Assembly (NCBI GenBank): GCA_001949185.1 | Contig: BDGG01000007.1 | Location: 62,001 to 126,000, forward strand | Source of the DNA: Ramazzottius varieornatus | Taxonomy: Eukaryota; Animalia; Tardigrada | DNA length: 64,000 nt | Direction of reading: 5' to 3' | In this document: piece after piece, positions 57,753-64,000 of the stretch | How the letters are laid out: the number at the start of each line of letters is the position of its first letter | Numbering within the stretch: the stretch's first letter is position 1 | Program-made: the position numbers and the translations under genes | The notes under the pieces: generated by a model | What the model was told of the DNA's origin: nothing | Databases searched by the model: none | What the model saw: only the letters and a program-made list of their open reading frames with translations

Positions 57753-60426
57753 CGAGGGAGAGGTTATTGAGTTAGCCATAAGAACCTTCGGTTGTTGAGT
57801 TAGCCACCTGTTTTCGCCCGTTCTATCTGACGTATTCTAACACATGCTTGGATGATTCGACAGAGAAAATGACGGGCTGTCCAATGGTACTTCTTGCGAT
57901 GGGCTCAAGTTCTCAATGCATGCACAAGATCTACAGTTCGGCAAACTGTCAAACCCCATGTTAGAGAGCCTGGACCAAAAATGAAACTAAGGCCACCAGA
58001 GGCGCTGGCGACGCGGTTTTCAATGACAATAAAGATTATTTTTTTCACTGCGAGACCAAATTTCGTACAGCAGTTTTGTTATCAACTCTGTCGGAATAAA
58101 CAGGGCGTCTCTCAAGTTGAAGACTGCACCAGAGGTCCATGCGCAGTTAACAATGCAAGCAGTGGTTCATACGGTGAGAGAAATGGGATGGGAAATGCGG
58201 AAAACTGCGGAGGCGTACGGACTAAACCGGCAGCCGCTGGACAAGCGGTTGAATGGTCGACACACCGAAGTCATGGAAAACAGCCCAGAATTCCTCCCCA
58301 CGAAGAAAATGCCCTGGAAGATTCACTGTTGAGCTGTACAGATACTGGGATCCCCCTTAACCGACAACACTGTGCCGCAGCAATCAGTGAGATGAGTACT
58401 CGACTTGGTAAGGTGATTTATCCCAATGTTAAGGTAATATTCGAATTTTGGTCAGCTCTTATGGATTTCCTTTGTTTTTCCAGGCCTGATCCACACAACG
58501 ATCAGCACTTTCAAAGATTCATCAAGCGCCATCCACAACTATCATTACGAATAACCCATGCCAATAACCGAAAGAAGGAACGAAAGTGGACGCACGAGCT
58601 GGCGGACAGGTACATCGCTAAATTGATGGAGCTTCATAACGAAGGATTCCTCGACGAGCCAGATCAAGTTTGGAACTTGGAAGAATCTGCGTTCAACACG
58701 GCCGAAATGTTCGATAGAGTCGTTGGACGGAAAGGAATGAGGCAAGTTTACTCCCAGTACGACGGAACAGAGAAAGAATTGGTGACTATCCTACCTTGTG
58801 GCAACGCTTCTGGACTCCAGCTTCCTTTTATGGCGCTGTTCTCCGGAAAACGTCACGTTCGATCTCGTCTGGATGGCACAGGTGGACACTGCTATCATGG
58901 TGTGAATGAGTCCGGCACTATGGATTAAATGCATTTCGCAAGCTATAACAAGTCGTATTTCCGACAATGACCAAAATGAAGGTAAGAAATCTAATAATAC
59001 ATGAGTTGCGCAGTACATCGTTAAGCATTCGTCTGTTGGGCTTGCTGGAATGCAGTAGTTTTGATGTATGACGTCATGCTTACTATAATTTTAGAATGCG
59101 GTCTTCGTTGATGGACACTTCTCCCATATCAACAACTTCACTCTGATGAAATACATCAAGGAGTTCGAGGCGGAAACCGGAGAGATCGTGTACGTCTTTG
59201 CCTTACCTGCTGGCCAAACCAATCATCTGCAGCCTTTTGATGTATCCGTCTTTGGGCAAGTTAAAAGAGCATGGGGAGATTATTTAAGGCATCGCCGTGT
59301 TGTTATTGGAGGACTGGTAAAACTTTGGTCCTTTAAATTTCTGTGGAATCTACCTAACTAATGTTCCGTTCTGTAAAATTCAGGTCACCAAGGATAATCT
59401 GCTCTCTCATCTCGTCAAACTGTGGTTTCAGACTGAAGAGTGCTCGCCGCAGCACTTATTCAACCCTGGGCGGAATCTTACCTCTGGATTCCAGAAATCG
59501 GGACTCTTTCCTTTCAATCCTGAGGTTATTCGTGCGACTGTGAAGACTCAAAATTGTCCTACCCCTCGATGAGACGGCGGACTCCGCTCCGAAAGACTAT
59601 CGCTCCAGCTTTGACCGTTTGGCTGACGTTTTGATGGCTGAATTTGACGTCGCCAGCCAAAAAGATCAAAGACATCACAGAATTCATCAGGCTCAAATAG
59701 CGAGGTGTAACTCCAGATGCTGTTCTAGCATCTCCGCTGCAAGCCTCGCTGTTTGCTGCTGCGCCCAAGAAAGTCCGTCGCGAGACGAACGAGCATCTGA
59801 ACCTCGACGCTGGAGGTTTAACCAACGAGGAAAATTTCCAGTCCCATCTGGAAAAGAATCGAGCAGCAAACAGAGCAAGAACCGCCTCTCTAGCAGCCAG
59901 TCGAAGGGCGACAGCAAGCCAAGCCAGAATTCGACACGCTCCAGCTGCTGTTCCCAAACCTCCGAAAATCGCTCCGGGTAGAAAGCCCCTTTCGGTGAAG
60001 CGAAAAGCGTCGGACAAGGAACCAGACCCGAACCCAAGTGAAGTCTTGAACGCACGTGCCGTACAGCAACAGAAAACGACTAAAGCTTCTAGCTAGAATA
60101 TTCATGCAGGTTCCGCTGTTTTATCTAGTAGCTTACCTGAGTGTTCTGTGGATAATATCTGGTGTCAAACGAAGTGTTTTTATAGGACGATGATGTGTGG
60201 GTTTCAGTTCTGCGATGGGCATTCCGGTCAAGAAAATGTTCATTCGGCTCTCGAAATTATCAGCCTTTATAACAGCGGTATGCGCCTCGTACGGCAGTTC
60301 AGAAGAGCGGTATTGATTCTACCGCGATTTTTGGCTATTGCCCTGGCTGTCGGCCACCACATACCGCAGCGGTGGCTAACTCAACAACCGAAGGTTCTTA
60401 TGGCTGACTCAATAACGTCTCCCTCG
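57753..60426 (+). mobile_element. pogo/Fot1-like DNA transposon, about 56-bp TIRs, TA TSD, defective
   Basis: TIR CGAGGGAGAGGTTATTGAGTTAGCCATAAGAACCTTCGGTTGTTGAGTTAGCCACC and its inverse. TA at 57751-52 and 60427-28. Confidence 0.92.
58117..60050 (+). pseudogene. pogo-family transposase (psq-type HTH, CENP-B HTH, DDE_1), intron-containing, inactivated
   Basis: MRKTAEAYGLNRQPLDKRL, VWNLEESAF (first catalytic D appears as E), VTILPCGNASG, FVDGHFSH, LPAGQTNHLQPFDVSVF. Frameshift near 58270; stop at 58926-28. Confidence 0.85.
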
Positions 60427-60528
60427 TACGGAAAAACGTACGTACATGTACGAAAAAGAAGTTTGGGCCAGTAAACACTAAACAGCTTGGGCCAAACGAT
60501 TCGGAAACAGCGGAAAAGAAAATACGTA

Positions 60529-60681
60529 CACGCGCCTGGCCTAAATATGGGGATGGACAAAAATATGGGGAACGGAGCGAAAGCGACTGTGCTTCGATTG
60601 ATTTAGTTGATTGTTCAACCTCAGCGCTTTCGCTCCGTTCCCCATATTTTTGTCCATCCCCACATTTAGGCCAGGCACGTG
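60529..60681. mobile_element. 153-bp hairpin MITE, TA TSD; termini match the 31273 element
   Basis: About 56-bp arms CACGCGCCTGGCCTAAATATGGGGATGGACAAAAATATGGGGAACGGAGCGAAAGCG. Confidence 0.88.
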
Positions 60682-60775
60682 TACGTACGTAAGTGTGTAA
60701 TTCACACCCATGCACTCTTTGGCAGTTCTCTAGCTTTCAGTTTGCCGCCTTTTCGTCTGGCCCAAACTTATTTGG

Positions 60776-62100
60776 GTGGTGGCTATGCGCCATTGATTTG
60801 TATTTATATTGTACGTACTTTTAGTCGTGAGTACGGGGTCTGTATTAATAGGATGTTTTGTATCGTTCTGGACTTCGATGTTTTTGCAACTTTTCTCTTT
60901 TCTTCTGACCTTCTGAAGGTGGTGGATTCTGGAGGGTATTATCCAGGTAGAGTTTGAAGTTCTGATAGAAAAGTGTAGTGCAAAACGTTGCGGATGTTTG
61001 GACAAATGCCTGTAAGGCCAAATGTATGTCGTGACTGGATATGGGGTTATCGCTGACCGTCGAGCTTCGTTCCATGAACGTGTGGAGAATGAGTATTTTG
61101 GTGCACGCATTCTTCGCCGTTCTGGATTATCAATATTAAAAGAACACGGGAAAGGCTCGCCTACGGCTCACTCTTTAAGTCGGGGAGTTGCAAAACCAGT
61201 GGATGGGCGTGGTGTTTAAATCATAACCTAAGGACTTGACGGAAGCACGAAAGATAGTTTTCACTCACACTGAGAAATAAGAAAAATTGAGATTGTGATC
61301 AGGCAAAATATTAAAATCAAAACTATGGTTCATGAATCACGGCAAAGTTTCTAAAAATAGCTGATCAAATTCAACGAGACCGGTAAACCCGTGCACGAAT
61401 TACGCACGGATATGTTTTGGTGCAAGTAAGTCTACAGTATGGTTACAGTATAGGTGGCGTCTATGCGCCGTTAATTTGTTTTAATTTTTCGTTTTTTACA
61501 AGTACGATGTTTGTGTGTTGTTTGTACTGTGCTTTGGACTTTTTCGTTTTCGTGTGCTTTTTAGAACTGTTCTGCCCTTGTGAAGGTGGTGTACTTTGGA
61601 GGACGAAGAGATGTCCTTGGGTTTTATCTAAGTTAGACTGTGGAAGCTTCTGACCTCGTGAAGGTGGTGGACTTTGTTGGGCATTCTCAACGCAGAATCC
61701 GACCTTCGAACGAGAGCAAACTGATACAGGGCAATCTCTCGTTTTCGTCGATGGTCGCTCGGATGGCTGCTCTTCCAAAAGCACCATCAAGTTCTCTTTC
61801 GCAACACTGGCTGCCAGAGTTATCCGGGTGGAAACTTAGACACGGGTCCAAACAATAAAAGTTGCCTTGCAAGAGCTTGAAGAGTTCAATCGCGAAGCAA
61901 CTTCGACCGAAAACACGACACAGCCTGGTGCATCTACAGAACATCTCACAAACAGTTTTCAAGAAGTCCTTGAGACGGGAAAGATTTATTTCTTTTGATT
62001 TTCGATGCAAAGAAAGATCTGCATAGTGGTCGGCAAGAAGTTTTATCCATCTTTTATCCGCGAATAAGTAATTGTCACCCACGGATAACATGGACACGGA
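60776..62100 (-). mobile_element. Two tandem degenerate repeat copies, possibly non-LTR retrotransposon 3' ends
   Basis: Shared blocks CTATGCGCC(A/G)TT(G/A)ATTTGT (about 60783, 61461; also 63809) and CTTCTGACCT..TGAAGGTGGTGGA (about 60903, 61647). The minus-strand peptides only weakly resemble LINE RT C-termini. Confidence 0.35.
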
Positions 62101-62666
62101 GTGTTAAAGCATGGGCCCCGTCAGAGCGGAACCTGGATCGATTTTGCGCAACGCAGCTGACAAAATGATCAAATCGGACAGTCGCTTACTTGATTGACGG
62201 CTTCGTGCAATTAGTTGATCAACGAAATCGTTTTGTTGTTCTTATCCGTTCTATCCTTTTGTATTCGTTTTTCTGTCCACGGATACAAAATGGGTAAAAT
62301 TTTTCATTCTCTCTTATGCGTGACAAGCCCAGTTCGTCATTGCGTGTTGAAAAACCGTAGATAACCAGCGTATACGTACCACGCTAGCATTGTGGCTTTT
62401 GAGTTTTCTGACCTCTGCATTTGAAAAGCCGTAAGACCAAGTGGACTGATTGCTACTTTTCTGACAATCGTTTCATCACATCTGCATGGTACATCCTTTG
62501 AACGTCATTTCAAAACCGTAAAACATTTTGTGAAGTATAAAACAACCGCGGGCGGAGAGCAGCAACAAAAAAATTTTTTAGTAGTTCCCAGATCACCCTT
62601 TTTACAATCGAGCTACTCCTCCTTTTTTCCCGGCCTTTCGGTAACAGAAAGCAGACTTTCGTGGAG

Positions 62667-63266
62667 ATGGGTCCCCGTTACCTAAGTCTGGCCCTGGCCA
62701 TGTTGTCCACTCAGACTATGGCCACCACCGTGCAGTTTAACAACCGATGTGGCCACGCCATCGATCTGATCAAAACCGTTCCCAGCGTGGCCGGCACGCA
62801 GGAATGCGATCTGCAACCGGGCGAAAGCTGCACTAAAAACTACGACGGCCCCGGATTTAATTTCAAGGTTGGTTGTGCGTTTCCCTTTCCTCTAGAGTCT
62901 GAATTTACGTACGTCGAAACATTAATATACTCTTCTCTCGTACGATAGCATACCAATGCTGGGAAGTCGGTCACCCAGGCGGAGTTCACCTTCAACGATG
63001 CCGCTCAGAAGGACTTCTACAACCTCAGCGTGGTAGACGGGTTCAACGTGGCCATTCAGATAACTTCGGACAAAGGCGGACCCACACTGACCTGTGAGTA
63101 GTTCGCCAGTAGAAATGAACACCGAACAAGTTGCACAGGTTCATGTTTTGGTGGAATGGTTTCAGGCAACGCTGATAAGTGTCCAGATGCGTACAACTTT
63201 CCGTCCGATGACACCAAAGTTCACGCGGTCCCCACTGGAGGAACCTTCCAGATTAGCTTCTGTTAA
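62667..63266 (+). CDS. Small secreted thaumatin-like protein (3 exons)
   Basis: Signal peptide; FNNRCG, TQAEFTF, DFYNLSVVDGFNV, CPDAYNFPSDD and terminal ISFC*. Both introns splice in frame. Confidence 0.9.
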
Positions 63267-63489
63267 GCTCGACTTGGCACCTTGCACTTGACGAATGAAC
63301 ATTATATTCCATGATTGGTGACAGCTGTCTCACATCGCACGCTTGATGGCTATCACGTGGGTACATATACCTGCAATACTATACGTGATAAAATTGGACA
63401 TGCTTGTTTCTTCCGACATTAACTCTCCTTCTCTGTGATTTACGTAAATGCACAGATAAAGTGTGACGATGATGAAGGGATAATCAACC

Positions 63490-63633
63490 ACTGCAAATAT
63501 TCGATGCTATCGCGCAGCACGTCGTCGTACAAGTGAATTACAGCCTCGGTCCGCATCACTGCCTGCGTCACCCTACGAGGGTGCATCGTCACTTACGTGT
63601 ACGTACTGCGCGATAGCATCGAATTTTTACAGT
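63490..63633. repeat. Small hairpin/MITE with about 30-bp inverted arms
   Basis: ACTGCAAATATTCGATGCTATCGCGCAG versus CTGCGCGATAGCATCGAATTTTTACAGT. Confidence 0.7.
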
Positions 63634-64000
63634 ATTCACCCGGCCAGACAGGTCAACCGGCCAATGGCAAAGTCTCATCGAGGTCAAAAACTCAAATGCC
63701 GCCACTGATTATTGTATGCTGACAAACTTATGCGGTCGTGGTTCTTACGCAGTACTAGTAAAGAATAAGTTGGACGAAAAGTAGCTGACAAAAGAAAATA
63801 GGTGGTAACTATGCGCCGTTAACACGACTTTCCAACGCAATCTCAAGCAAATCAATCGCTACGCCACCAGACACATACACTGAGCCCCATTAGTCTTGGT
63901 TATTCAGCCTTCTCCTGCGAAAATTCATATTTTCTCTCCCACCCAACGAATTATCATGATTCAAATTGCAGCATGAAGAAGAGAGCTTTCTCTCGCAGGA

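Overview
Compact, intron-rich animal genomic DNA. Most introns are 50-100 nt GT-AG and the gene repertoire is invertebrate; a tardigrade-like origin is my inference and is not proven. Intact host genes: an ANF-receptor-family ectodomain gene (runs off the left edge), MED15, SERCA with candidate alternative 3' ends, an SLC18B1-like MFS transporter, two tandem DxD (GT32-like) glycosyltransferases, an NPC2/ML protein, an MS4A-like protein, a 7-exon globin and a small thaumatin-like protein. Decayed genes: a MAM-like receptor tyrosine kinase, a GT10 fucosyltransferase and a GPCR fragment. There are many TA-flanked TIR transposons and MITEs, some nested. Main finding: a candidate polyamine gene cluster at about 32-39.8 kb. 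It joins a host SLC18B1-like (vesicular polyamine transporter family) gene to two intronless bacterial-type enzyme genes, an agmatine deiminase and a deoxyhypusine-synthase-like putative homospermidine synthase, which appear to come from different donors and are interleaved with host repeats. Second finding: a TIR element at 13.9-16.1 kb carries a captured basigin-like Ig+TM gene fragment and sits, with a second TIR element, at mirror-image TA sites of an outer inverted repeat. All family assignments come from motif recognition by eye; no database searches were run.
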